Of a stretch of DNA of 36,162 nt, positions 1 through 8,928 are shown piece after piece. The stretch spans positions 1 to 36,162 of IMG/VR virus record IMGVR_UViG_3300020045_008052; one strand, 5' to 3'. The DNA comes from a virus (lineage: Duplodnaviria > Caudoviricetes). Position 1 is the stretch's first letter. Each line of letters begins with the position of its first letter. The notes beneath the pieces were generated by a model. It saw nothing but the letters and a program-made list of their open reading frames with translations. It ran no database searches and had not been told where the DNA came from. Made by a program: the position numbers and the translations under genes.

Positions 1-121
1 AGCGGCATCATTTCCCTTGAGATCGGCTATACGGAAGGCGTGGATCTGCCGCTCTTTAGCTATCTGCCTATCGAATTTATTCAATACTAGGGAGGATTCG
101 GCTATAGCAGCTTGACGTTGA
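1..121. repeat. Terminal direct repeat, left copy (circular assembly overlap)
   Basis: Identical to 36042-36162; the tape-measure ORF reads in frame across the join. Confidence 0.97.
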
Positions 122-447
122 ATCTTTAGCGCGGCCTCGTTTGCGTCCTTGCTTGCTCTCAGGCTGTGCTCGCTAGATTTCATAGCAATAGCTGCACGCT
201 CTTTTACCATTCTTTCCTCTAGGGAAAGCGATCTACGGACAAATGCCCAGTGTTCCTTTAGTGCCTTTTCGTTTGCGGCTTTTTGCTTTGCCTCAGCAGT
301 TGCTGCTTGCCTATCTGCAGCCTCACCCATTTTCTTGGATGCGGCTTCCGATGCGCCTCCAAGGTTATTGATGCTTTTGACTATCCGTTCAATTTGTTTA
401 CTAGCATCATCCTTGAGGGATGCGGTAAATTTAATGTCTTTCGCCAC
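1..447 (-). CDS. Tail tape measure protein, N-terminal part (continues at 36041)
   Basis: GTG at 447 overlaps the upstream TAG; reads MAKDIKFTASLKDDASKQIERIVKSINNLGG... with no stop to base 1, in frame with 34491..36041; joined ORF 1998 nt, 665 aa. Confidence 0.88.
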   Translation of the reverse strand, partial: MAKDIKFTASLKDDASKQIERIVKSINNLGGASEAASKKMGEAADRQAATAEAKQKAANEKALKEHWAFVRRSLSLEERMVKERAAIAMKSSEHSLRASKDANEAALKIQRQAAIAESSLVLNKFDRQIAKERQIHAFRIADLKGNDAA

Positions 448-794
448 TAGGCTATCCCCCCGGTCGTTTTGACCCGCTCGGCAAACTCATTTAGTTTCGA
501 GGTGAAATAATTATCGAAGGCGACGTATCGGGGATCTTGGTCGTGGTAGGGGACTGCCGTATGCGGATATTTTTCCAAGTGCTGCCTCATCGCCAAAAAC
601 TCATAAACCGACTTACCTATAAATTTCATGGGGCAGGAGAAGTATTCCACCATTTCCCCGTCATCGTTTGGTATTTCCTGGACGGCCGCCTGTGCAGGAG
701 TGTCACACCCCCATGCTATTCTAAGCCCGGGGGAGCGCCGGCATTTGGAGCAGGATTGCTCTATGATGCCGACGCGGACGGCCGCGGCTAGGGT
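447..794 (-). CDS. Tail assembly chaperone, -1 frameshift extension (gpT-like)
   Basis: Open -1 frame (TLAAAVRVGIIEQSCSKC...WGCD...CPMK...) entered at slippery G GGT TTA; no start codon until 653; directly precedes the tape measure. Confidence 0.75.
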   Translation of the reverse strand, partial: TLAAAVRVGIIEQSCSKCRRSPGLRIAWGCDTPAQAAVQEIPNDDGEMVEYFSCPMKFIGKSVYEFLAMRQHLEKYPHTAVPYHDQDPRYVAFDNYFTSKLNEFAERVKTTGGIA

Positions 795-1186
795 AAACCC
801 TCCTTTTCTACCTCCGTAGGTCCAACAGTCAATTCCATCAAATGGGTGTGAATCTGATAAAACGGCACATCGGGCAGATTTTCAAGCTGCCCTTTCTCAA
901 AGGGTATTTCCTCTCCATCTGGATAGAAAAAGAAATTAGACCAGCCGATTACTCCGCTATTCTCCATAGCGCGAGAAATACAAGCTTTGTCGTATGTTCC
1001 AGCTTTCAAATGTTCGGCTAGGTAATCGCGCTCCTTCTTTGCGTAGGGCCTGAGATTAAATATGGGCCGGAAAGCCTCCTCCACCTTTTGAAACGCCTCC
1101 GGGGTGAAAGGAACCGAAGTCCCCGGTGCGAAGGGGAGGAGGCCTGAAAGGGCCTTCTTGGTTGCCTCATCGAAGATTCGTTTCAT
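788..1186 (-). CDS. Tail assembly chaperone (gpG-like)
   Basis: 132 aa between tail tube and tape measure; ends in a slippery heptamer. Confidence 0.75.
   Translation of the reverse strand: MKRIFDEATKKALSGLLPFAPGTSVPFTPEAFQKVEEAFRPIFNLRPYAKKERDYLAEHLKAGTYDKACISRAMENSGVIGWSNFFFYPDGEEIPFEKGQLENLPDVPFYQIHTHLMELTVGPTEVEKEGLP
794..800 (-). other. Programmed -1 ribosomal frameshift site G GGT TTA
   Basis: X XXY YYZ heptamer in the correct phase, one sense codon before the stop, followed by GC-rich self-complementary sequence. Confidence 0.75.
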
Positions 1187-1228
1187 AATTTGTCCTTTCT
1201 AGGCCCGTTTCAATCAGGCCGATTCATA

Positions 1229-2194
1229 TTAAGCAGACTGTAGGATTTTGTGGGCATCATTGCCGGTTGATTCATGGAGTTCAAAGACTTGATCGAAGGT
1301 TACGGCTTCATTCCTCGCTGAAAACTTATTCGTTTCCAATTGCCCTTTAGGGGCGGAAATGGTGTATTTCAACCCCCCAACTGCTGCAGTAGCCAGGGAA
1401 AGGATTCCCTCCGTCCCGGCCGCCCAGCGCGTATAGATAGCATCCGTGGCGACAAGCCGCATTTTTGGATCCATCATCCATTTGGGATTGCGGTTGGCAA
1501 TATAAGCAGCGAGATATCCGGTTACATCCGAAGGATCATAGTCCAACTGAACATCATTTCCGAAGTCCAGGGACATTTTACCAATCTGCTCAACAGTCCC
1601 ATTGGATGAGATAGCCGAACCGATCACGGCCGGCGGGATGCTCGTATCCGGGGAGGTGAGAACCAAAGCTGTCCCGTCAGCAATAGAGACAAAGGCGCCT
1701 ACAAAGGTAAAAGCAGCAACGAGCGGTTGGCCCAGGTCATCCATGGAAATAACACAATTACCCATGCAGCCCTTTGCGGTCAGAATAACCGCATTTCCAG
1801 AGACAGGGACATAGATGACTTTGAGGGTTGCGGTAATGCTATCCCCTTCATCCTTGGTTGCAAGTGGTGTCCAGTCTACGGAAGTGCCGCCCGTGACCGT
1901 TTCCAGCTGACCGCAGACTTTGAAAGCCTTGGAAAGCAGTGGCGCCGTTGCCGCGGCTGCGCCTAGGTTCATGGCATGTTTTGCGGTTATGGTAACCTTT
2001 TTCTTTCCCATCACACCACCAGCCAGGGAGTGCCTACCGGAAGCGAATCTATTAACCCAGTATTCTATTTCGGCATCTACTTCGATGTCGAAAAATCGAA
2101 GGTTAAAATCCGCATCCGCAACAGCGATAGCCGTACCGCTGGTGGATTCCAATTTCATCGCGAGCGTGCGCTTGGCGTTAACTAATACGGTCAT
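1229..2194 (-). CDS. Major tail tube protein
   Basis: 321 aa, Thr/Gly/Ala beta-rich, N-terminal LAMKLESTSGT resembling tube-protein starts; upstream of the chaperone and tape measure. Confidence 0.8.
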   Translation of the reverse strand: MTVLVNAKRTLAMKLESTSGTAIAVADADFNLRFFDIEVDAEIEYWVNRFASGRHSLAGGVMGKKKVTITAKHAMNLGAAAATAPLLSKAFKVCGQLETVTGGTSVDWTPLATKDEGDSITATLKVIYVPVSGNAVILTAKGCMGNCVISMDDLGQPLVAAFTFVGAFVSIADGTALVLTSPDTSIPPAVIGSAISSNGTVEQIGKMSLDFGNDVQLDYDPSDVTGYLAAYIANRNPKWMMDPKMRLVATDAIYTRWAAGTEGILSLATAAVGGLKYTISAPKGQLETNKFSARNEAVTFDQVFELHESTGNDAHKILQSA

Positions 2195-2197
2195 GGT

Positions 2198-2359
2198 TTA
2201 CCCTTCCTCTTTCTTGTTTTTCTTCTGGGCTGGAGCTTCCGCCGCTTCAACTTTATCCTTTAATTCCACCGTAATTGTTTCGATTTCAAGGATTTGTCCC
2301 TGGTGGTACCAGCTTCCGCTATGGCATACAGATTGACCTTGTAATACCTTAACCTTCAT
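2198..2359 (-). CDS. Small hypothetical protein (53 aa, not in ORF track)
   Basis: AAGGAG RBS; MKVKVLQGQSVCHSGSWYHQGQILEIE...KKNKKEEG; fills the gap in the late operon. Confidence 0.7.
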   Translation of the reverse strand: MKVKVLQGQSVCHSGSWYHQGQILEIETITVELKDKVEAAEAPAQKKNKKEEG

Positions 2360-2369
2360 AAATAGCTCC

Positions 2370-2678
2370 TTAATTCGGGTTCCTGAATTGCGGGTGGACC
2401 TCTACAAAATCCTCTTTGCCTCGAAGGATAATAGATCCATTTATGCAATAAGGGTAGAACTCCCAGACGCCGGGCGTTCCGGTCAACGGGTTGAGCGTAG
2501 TCGAAACGGTTCCAACCATGGAGGTAAGCCCTACAGAGTCAGGCGTAATGGTGCCCGTCTTTCCATCCGGCCGCTTATAGTAGATAAGATGCCCGGAATA
2601 ACTCGTCAGCGTGACTAATGGAGTAGTATCCAATGTTACGGTGAAGGTCTGCCCTACTTTGATCCATTCGTCTGCCAT
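2370..2678 (-). CDS. Hypothetical virion protein
   Basis: 102 aa beta-rich, YYKRPDG...G.WEF pattern seen in small phage structural proteins; late operon. Confidence 0.6.
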   Translation of the reverse strand: MADEWIKVGQTFTVTLDTTPLVTLTSYSGHLIYYKRPDGKTGTITPDSVGLTSMVGTVSTTLNPLTGTPGVWEFYPYCINGSIILRGKEDFVEVHPQFRNPN

Positions 2679-2684
2679 GGGTTC

Positions 2685-2882
2685 CTATATAGGGGTTGAT
2701 AGGGACAGGCCCGTATCAATCCGGTTGGAGAGTGAAATCCCTGTATAGATGGGATTGTCCAATGTAAGACCCAGATAGATAGGGGTAATAAGATCGGCAT
2801 TTTCGGGAACTATATTGGAACCGACCTTGCCCCAATAACGACCGCCCCAGTACCTTTCGGCCCAATATCTTGCGCCCCACAT
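2685..2882 (-). CDS. Small protein with RYW repeats
   Basis: MWGARYWAERYWGGRYWG; start overlaps the stop of the 955-aa gene. Confidence 0.65.
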   Translation of the reverse strand: MWGARYWAERYWGGRYWGKVGSNIVPENADLITPIYLGLTLDNPIYTGISLSNRIDTGLSLSTPI

Positions 2883-5749
2883 CAGCTAAGGTCCCTAGTA
2901 ACGGCGCTTCGATTTCCGTTCGCATCCACCGTAGCGACAACTCTATCCTTGGTATCGGCCAAGTCGCGGAGGGTGGCAGTTGAAGTTGCCATTCCAGAAA
3001 CCTTGGCTCCATTGGCACTATTGGCCAGGCGGGTAGATTCCCGGAAGGTGGTCGTTCCATCCACAGCCTCGTCATGGACTGCATCGGCAATCTCTGCTCC
3101 TGCATCCGTTGCTATTGCGGCGGCGGTGATGGTATTTGCAGCCATGGCGCCTACGCTGGCATCGATTCTGCCCGAAACCAAGGCAGCAGGTAGTCGGGAT
3201 TGAATGTCCTGGGTATCCACCTCGATAGATGCGGCATCCGATTTTACGATAAGAAGTTGCGACTTCACAATAACGAGGGAGGATTTGGTATCGGATTGGA
3301 TCGTTTCGCCTAGTACTACATCGGATTCGATGTGGACTGTATCCGACTTTATAATTACCAAGGATGAAATTATGTCCGATGTATCGGACTTCACTATTAA
3401 AAGCTGAGATTTTGCAATTACGAGTGAAGATTTAATATCGGATTGAATTGTCTCTCCCAAAACAACATCGCTTTCAATATGAACCGTATCGGACTCAATA
3501 TGGAGCGTATCCGATTTCACGATGACAAGCTGAGACTTGGCTATAACCAATGAGGACTTTATATCCGATTGGATAGTTTCCCCAAGTACAACGTCCGACT
3601 CGATATGTGCGGTATCCGATTCGATTTTGAGCGTGTCCGATTTGACAATAACCAATGAAGAAATAATGTCGGAAGTGTCCGATTTCACTATTAGTAACTG
3701 TGACTTGGCAATTACAAGCGAAGATTTAATATCAGATTGGATTGATTCGCCCAAAATTACATCGGATTCGATATGCGCTACATCTGACTTCACAACCACC
3801 AGTTGAGACTTGGCTATCACCAAAGAGCTATGGATATCTGAGGCTAGGTCATCCACTACGATTAAATCACTCTCAATGTGCGTGGTATCCGACTTAACGA
3901 CCACAAGCTGAGACTTCGCGATGACCAGTGAAGATTTAATATCACTCTGGATGGTTTCGCCTAGTACTACATCGCTCTCAATATGTGCGGTATCCGATTT
4001 TACGACAACTAATTGCGATTTTGCGATAACTAGGGAGCTATGGATATCCGACGAAAGGTCATCTACCACTATTAAATCGCTCGAAATGCGGGTTAGTTTA
4101 GAATCCTGGGCCGCACTCAAGCCACCGCCAGCCGCTTCAATTACGGTAGTGTCACTGTAGACTTTAACAAGCTGGGATTTAACATCCGAAATAGCCGCGT
4201 CCATGACTACTAAGTGAGAGACAATATCCGACGTATCAGATTTTACGATCAACAATTGTGACTTGGCAATTACCAAGCTGGACTTGATGTCAGACTGAAT
4301 CGTTTCCCCAAGGACGGTATCGCTCTCGATGTGTGCTGTATCTGACTTCACGATAACCAGAGAGCTATGAATATCAGAAGCCAAATCGTCTACGACAATT
4401 AGGTCGCTGGAAATCCTTGTCAACTTTGAATCTTGGGCGGCAGTCAATGCCCCGCCTGCTGCTTCAATAACGGTAGTATCGCTGTACACTTTCACCAATT
4501 GGGATTTTACATCAGAGATAGCGGCATCCATGACTACAAGGTGCGAAATGATATCGGATGTATCGGATTTGACAATCAAGATTTGCGATTTTGCAATCAC
4601 TAAGGAAGATTTAATATCGGACTGTATGGTTTCACCTAAGACTACATCCGATTCAATATGTGTTGTATCGGACTTCACTACCACAAGTTGCGATTTGGCA
4701 ATGACCAAAGAACTGTGAATATCCGAGGCCAGATCATCGACTACAATCAAATCACTTTCGATGTGCGTAGTATCGGACTTGATAACTACAATCTGTGACT
4801 TTGCAATTACCAGTGAGCTATGGATATCCGATGCGAGATCGTCCACGACAATAAGGTCGCTCGAAACGCGCGTCAGCTTGGAATCCTGCGCGGCAGTTAA
4901 GGCACCACCAGCGGCCTCTATCACGGTAGTGTCGCTGTAGGTTTTCACCAATTGCGACTTTACATCGGAAGTAGCAGCATCCATTACTACCAGGTGGGAG
5001 CGAATATCCGAGGTATCGGATTTGACTATCAATATTTGGGACTTTGCAATGACCAAGCTAGATTTAATATCGGAATGCATTGTTTCTGCCAAAACTGCGT
5101 CCGACTCTATATGGAGCGTGTCCGATGCAACAATTACAAGGGCGGATTTAATATCAGAAGTATCGGACTTCACGATCAAAAGCTGCGACTTGGTAATGAC
5201 AAGCGAGGATTTTATATCCGAATGCATGGTTTCCCCAAGCACCATATCGCTCTCAATATGCACCAAATCGGACTTTGCAATTACTAGGCTTGAGATAATA
5301 TCGGAGGTGTCAGACTTCACGATCAGAAGGCGGGAATTGATAATAACCAATGACGATTCGATATCCGAACCCGATACAAGCCCTAAGCGGTCCGCGTCGA
5401 ACGGGTCATACGCGACTAGCTGGATATAGGCCCCAATGACGACCATGCCGGTAACGACGCCATGGATAAGGACGCCCGTAGCTCCAGTGGCACAAGCAGC
5501 ATCGGGAAGGTCCAGGCGGTAATACCCGTTACCGATATGCAGAAATCCCCCATCGGCGTGGGCGGTAGTCAAGGCTGCTAAGGTCGCTTCGGTAATATCG
5601 GTAGAGACTGCGCCTTCCCGGCGGTATTCCAGATCGATACCAGCGGTATTAAAAACTACTCCCGTTTCAGGAGTACCGTCCGTAGAATCGATAATACGGA
5701 TGACTACGCTAACATCCGTGGTCCCGGCTTTTATCGAATAATTGTTCAT
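2882..5749 (-). CDS. 955-aa heptad-repeat Ser/Asp-rich fibrous protein (putative virion fibre)
   Basis: Non-repetitive N- and C-terminal domains flank about 715 aa of 7-residue repeats (SDIKSSL, VIAKSQL, LIVKSDT, xHIESDV, VLGETIQ). Confidence 0.8.
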   Translation of the reverse strand: MNNYSIKAGTTDVSVVIRIIDSTDGTPETGVVFNTAGIDLEYRREGAVSTDITEATLAALTTAHADGGFLHIGNGYYRLDLPDAACATGATGVLIHGVVTGMVVIGAYIQLVAYDPFDADRLGLVSGSDIESSLVIINSRLLIVKSDTSDIISSLVIAKSDLVHIESDMVLGETMHSDIKSSLVITKSQLLIVKSDTSDIKSALVIVASDTLHIESDAVLAETMHSDIKSSLVIAKSQILIVKSDTSDIRSHLVVMDAATSDVKSQLVKTYSDTTVIEAAGGALTAAQDSKLTRVSSDLIVVDDLASDIHSSLVIAKSQIVVIKSDTTHIESDLIVVDDLASDIHSSLVIAKSQLVVVKSDTTHIESDVVLGETIQSDIKSSLVIAKSQILIVKSDTSDIISHLVVMDAAISDVKSQLVKVYSDTTVIEAAGGALTAAQDSKLTRISSDLIVVDDLASDIHSSLVIVKSDTAHIESDTVLGETIQSDIKSSLVIAKSQLLIVKSDTSDIVSHLVVMDAAISDVKSQLVKVYSDTTVIEAAGGGLSAAQDSKLTRISSDLIVVDDLSSDIHSSLVIAKSQLVVVKSDTAHIESDVVLGETIQSDIKSSLVIAKSQLVVVKSDTTHIESDLIVVDDLASDIHSSLVIAKSQLVVVKSDVAHIESDVILGESIQSDIKSSLVIAKSQLLIVKSDTSDIISSLVIVKSDTLKIESDTAHIESDVVLGETIQSDIKSSLVIAKSQLVIVKSDTLHIESDTVHIESDVVLGETIQSDIKSSLVIAKSQLLIVKSDTSDIISSLVIIKSDTVHIESDVVLGETIQSDTKSSLVIVKSQLLIVKSDAASIEVDTQDIQSRLPAALVSGRIDASVGAMAANTITAAAIATDAGAEIADAVHDEAVDGTTTFRESTRLANSANGAKVSGMATSTATLRDLADTKDRVVATVDANGNRSAVTRDLS
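3221..5368 (-). repeat. Degenerate 21-bp (heptad) tandem repeat region
   Basis: About 100 heptads with three AAGGxLxAAQDSKL interruptions; codons diverged between copies. Confidence 0.85.
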
Positions 5750-6723
5750 TTGACGGCCTCTAGGATCTGGTGGAATTCTTCTGCCGTCCGAATGGGATTA
5801 AACATCTGCTCGGCTTCTCTTCGTACTTCGGATCGGGTTTTCCACTTGGCAAGGTCGAAATCCTTACGAAAGCCGTTTAGGACAACTCCGGGAACTTTGA
5901 CCACCGGACAGCCGCAGGCCATAGATTCCCGGATAGAGCGTGTGGCTATCTCATGGCTGGTAATCATGAAGTCCGCAGCGCGGTAGACGTTCTCTAGACC
6001 CTTGACCCAGGGGCAAAGCTCCCCTAAGTTTCCATCATCCTGGATTCGCTTGAGCAAGGGCGCCCAGCCTTTAAGGGCAGCTTGGGTACCATATACATGG
6101 AGCTTGGCTCCTTTGACTCCCCTAGCCCATAGGGCAAAGGCATTCAAAGCCACAAATGGGTCGATATCGTCCCGCCAAGCATCGGTAGACACGACGTTAA
6201 TAGTCCCTTTTTTTCCGTGGAATCCATAGCCTTTAGGGCCTTCTGGGGACCAAGCCGAAAGGTCAACGGGTGCTGTCACTACCTTAATCGGCTTATCTGG
6301 AAACATTACTTCCAGATATTCTTTATGCTCGGGCCAGAAGGTGACAATAGCCTTGAAACGTGGATCTTTGTTTTTTCCGTAGTGGTAGGAGTAGATGGGC
6401 GTCGAGCCCTGTTTCTCACTCAGAAAGCTAGAACGGGGCCGGCCATGTGCCACGTGGACAATGGGCTGAGGCGATTTTTCAAACTCCTCCCCAAGGCCCG
6501 AATGATTGATGAGAATGTCGGCCTCAAGCGCCCAAGCCTGGTCAGCAAATGGAGCGCCGCGATCTTCGGTGCCATCAGGGTACAAGGTGTTTTTTTCCTT
6601 GGTCGGATCCATCATGCGCGAATCCACGCCGCGGGCTCTCAAGCCTGCCACGAGTTCGCGGGTCGTCTCATAGAGCCCGCAGCGGTTGGGTGTGATGGCA
6701 ACGAGGTGGGCGGCTTTAAGCAT
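5746..6723 (-). CDS. Glycosyltransferase, GT-B fold (GT4-like)
   Basis: EX7E motif (EIATRSIRE) followed by SMACGCPVV; YRAADF segment. Confidence 0.85.
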   Translation of the reverse strand: MLKAAHLVAITPNRCGLYETTRELVAGLRARGVDSRMMDPTKEKNTLYPDGTEDRGAPFADQAWALEADILINHSGLGEEFEKSPQPIVHVAHGRPRSSFLSEKQGSTPIYSYHYGKNKDPRFKAIVTFWPEHKEYLEVMFPDKPIKVVTAPVDLSAWSPEGPKGYGFHGKKGTINVVSTDAWRDDIDPFVALNAFALWARGVKGAKLHVYGTQAALKGWAPLLKRIQDDGNLGELCPWVKGLENVYRAADFMITSHEIATRSIRESMACGCPVVKVPGVVLNGFRKDFDLAKWKTRSEVRREAEQMFNPIRTAEEFHQILEAVK

Positions 6724-8119
6724 GTTGCTGCATCATTTGTCTGAGGATTCCGCCGGGACGTGACTTCGCTCCAATATGAACGGAGGCTCCGATAGTGGTG
6801 CCATCGATGTAAGTGGTGTGCCCGCTAATAAGAGTCGTGAATCCGGCATTTATAAGGCTACCAGTTGACTTGGGACGTAAATAAGTATCTCCGTCTCCGA
6901 TGGTGGTAGAGTCTACTTCATTAGCAATAGTCAGGCTGGCCAGGTTATTCGCACTAGTTGCCCCGAAATCTGCATCCTCACCAGTTGCATCGCTGCAAGC
7001 GTTGTTTTTAGCTATTGCAGCGGACTGGTTTACAAAGCAAGCCGTTGAATTGTCAAATACCATATTATTACGAAGCGTAGCTGCAATAGTATTAAGGCTA
7101 ATTCCGTTTGGTGAGCCATGGACTGAATTATTTTCAAGAATAGAAGATGCATTTAAATCACCGGCAGTCGCAAGGAATCCTCCTGCAGCACCGTCAACAA
7201 TCATATTGTTGTATATATAAAAGATGGGACTCGGATCTGTTATTCGGAATCCTTGATCACCATTTCCATTATTCTGCAATATATTATTATATGCATAATA
7301 GTTTGACGTTCCAGCTGAACCGTTGGTTGTAATCAGACCGCGAGTCGAAGCTGTTACGGTTCTGCTCATCTTGAAATGATGGACCTTAATATCCCCGCCG
7401 CCTGTTCCTGCAATTGAAAAATTATTCGCACTATGTGAAACGGTGGTCAAAAATCCATTGTTATAGTTTCCTAGATGAGTAGATGCGCCATTGCATTCAA
7501 TAGTGAATCCGCCCAGGGCGACAACTACGGTGGGCTGCGTTGCTTCAGTCGTTGCGCTTGTTCCTGTGAAAGTAAGATTTCCGGTTAATGAACCGACGTC
7601 AGCTAGTGCCAGTTGCCATGTTGTATACGTTTGGCCGCTGCCGACATTTGCTGAACCGGATGTAATGACATTGACGTCTTTTACTTCGGGCGAATTGCTA
7701 ATAAGGGTTGCGTCCTTGAAAGCCGAATCGGAAATCTCCGTGGCATTCAACATATCTACTACAGTATCTTTGCTAAGAAGCTTGGCTTCGATATCAGGGT
7801 CGCCGGATATGGATTTGATGACATTCAAATCGAACCGAACCAACCTAGGCCGATAAATCAAGGTATCCGGTTCCTCGTCGGTCGTATCATGTGTTGGGAC
7901 TAAATTCGCCTTGAGGTATGGTAGCATATTCCGACCTACCTGCATTACGCAGAATATCCGGCGCATATCCTGGGAGAGAATATTTTCAAGGGTATCGCCC
8001 CAGTCCTGCTCATCAATCCAGGTGAGCGGGTCCAAATGCCTAAAGCCCGTCCATTCAAGCCCTTCCGGGGCCTGCTGGTCTCCTACTTTAAGGATAAGAG
8101 CTATACGATCCAGGGCCAT
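6716..8119 (-). CDS. Right-handed beta-helix domain protein (putative virion protein)
   Basis: Repeated YNN/ENN/RNN/KNN Asn-ladder strands in the C-terminal half. Confidence 0.65.
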   Translation of the reverse strand: MALDRIALILKVGDQQAPEGLEWTGFRHLDPLTWIDEQDWGDTLENILSQDMRRIFCVMQVGRNMLPYLKANLVPTHDTTDEEPDTLIYRPRLVRFDLNVIKSISGDPDIEAKLLSKDTVVDMLNATEISDSAFKDATLISNSPEVKDVNVITSGSANVGSGQTYTTWQLALADVGSLTGNLTFTGTSATTEATQPTVVVALGGFTIECNGASTHLGNYNNGFLTTVSHSANNFSIAGTGGGDIKVHHFKMSRTVTASTRGLITTNGSAGTSNYYAYNNILQNNGNGDQGFRITDPSPIFYIYNNMIVDGAAGGFLATAGDLNASSILENNSVHGSPNGISLNTIAATLRNNMVFDNSTACFVNQSAAIAKNNACSDATGEDADFGATSANNLASLTIANEVDSTTIGDGDTYLRPKSTGSLINAGFTTLISGHTTYIDGTTIGASVHIGAKSRPGGILRQMMQQHA

Positions 8120-8128
8120 AAATTATCT

Positions 8129-8602
8129 TCAATCCTTCAATTTGGATTCAATGGATTCAGATGCTTCGTTCTGGATCCGGTCGAATACCGCTTGCTGTTC
8201 TGGCTTTAGGCTAGGTCTATCCGTCACATAGGGAAGGGATTTGATTTTCTCTATAATAGCAGCTGAGCGAGTTTTGCTATCTACTTCGGTAAGCCGTTCC
8301 AGTTGAGCGACAAGTTTTGCGGGATTGTCCTTGCGAAGCCCTACTGCGAACTGTTCAGCCCCGAAGGCTATGAAATCAAGGAACATAGATTCAATTGGAT
8401 CCCAAAGCACTTTAAGCCAGGTATTCCCAATTGCGGAAACTCCGATACCTGCAGCCTCACAGGCACGACCCCATGATTCGCGAATTGATTTATAAGCCTT
8501 TGATTTTCCCGCAATAGCCACTACAGCGATTAAAAACGATCCAATAAGTGCATTCCCGCCCAATGTTCCGGTTAGAAATTCCATGATTTGTGAAAACATC
8601 AA
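8129..8602 (-). CDS. Membrane-anchored hypothetical protein (possible lysis accessory)
   Basis: N-terminal hydrophobic segment, helical charged C-terminus; coupled to its neighbours. Confidence 0.55.
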   Translation of the reverse strand: MMFSQIMEFLTGTLGGNALIGSFLIAVVAIAGKSKAYKSIRESWGRACEAAGIGVSAIGNTWLKVLWDPIESMFLDFIAFGAEQFAVGLRKDNPAKLVAQLERLTEVDSKTRSAAIIEKIKSLPYVTDRPSLKPEQQAVFDRIQNEASESIESKLKD

Positions 8603-8928
8603 TACCCCCTCAGCGCGTTCAGCACTTCCTGGTTATCTCTTTTCTCTTTGATTCTTGCCTCAGCGGCCTTTCTGACCTGTGGAAATGCCGCGACTAGGAT
8701 ATCAATCAAAGCATTTACCTTGTCATCTACACGTTCAACCTTCTTATCTGTTGTGTCTACTTTTAAGGAAATACTATCCATTACGGGCTTTACCGTATCT
8801 AGTATTTTCCGTTCGACAAATTGATTCCCCTGTGCGATTACATATCCGCAAAAAAGGGTAAGTAGAGTTAATACAAGCCGGGAAGGCCAATCCTTGAAAA
8901 CTACTGTTTTCAAATCCACGATTGTCAT
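8599..8928 (-). CDS. Single-TM coiled-coil protein (holin- or spanin-like candidate)
   Basis: ATG at 8928 overlaps the upstream TGA; TM segment LVLTLLTLFCGYVIA, then a heptad-like stretch. Confidence 0.55.
   Translation of the reverse strand: MTIVDLKTVVFKDWPSRLVLTLLTLFCGYVIAQGNQFVERKILDTVKPVMDSISLKVDTTDKKVERVDDKVNALIDILVAAFPQVRKAAEARIKEKRDNQEVLNALRGY

Noticed and set aside
3221-5368. CRISPR array or DGR template in the repeat region
   Set aside because: Repeats are degenerate, codon-phased and inside an ORF; no spacers, cas genes or reverse transcriptase anywhere
149-8231. Numerous plus-strand ORFs opposite late genes (also at 28-36 kb)
   Set aside because: Antisense shadows of the minus-strand genes, without RBS or recognisable motifs
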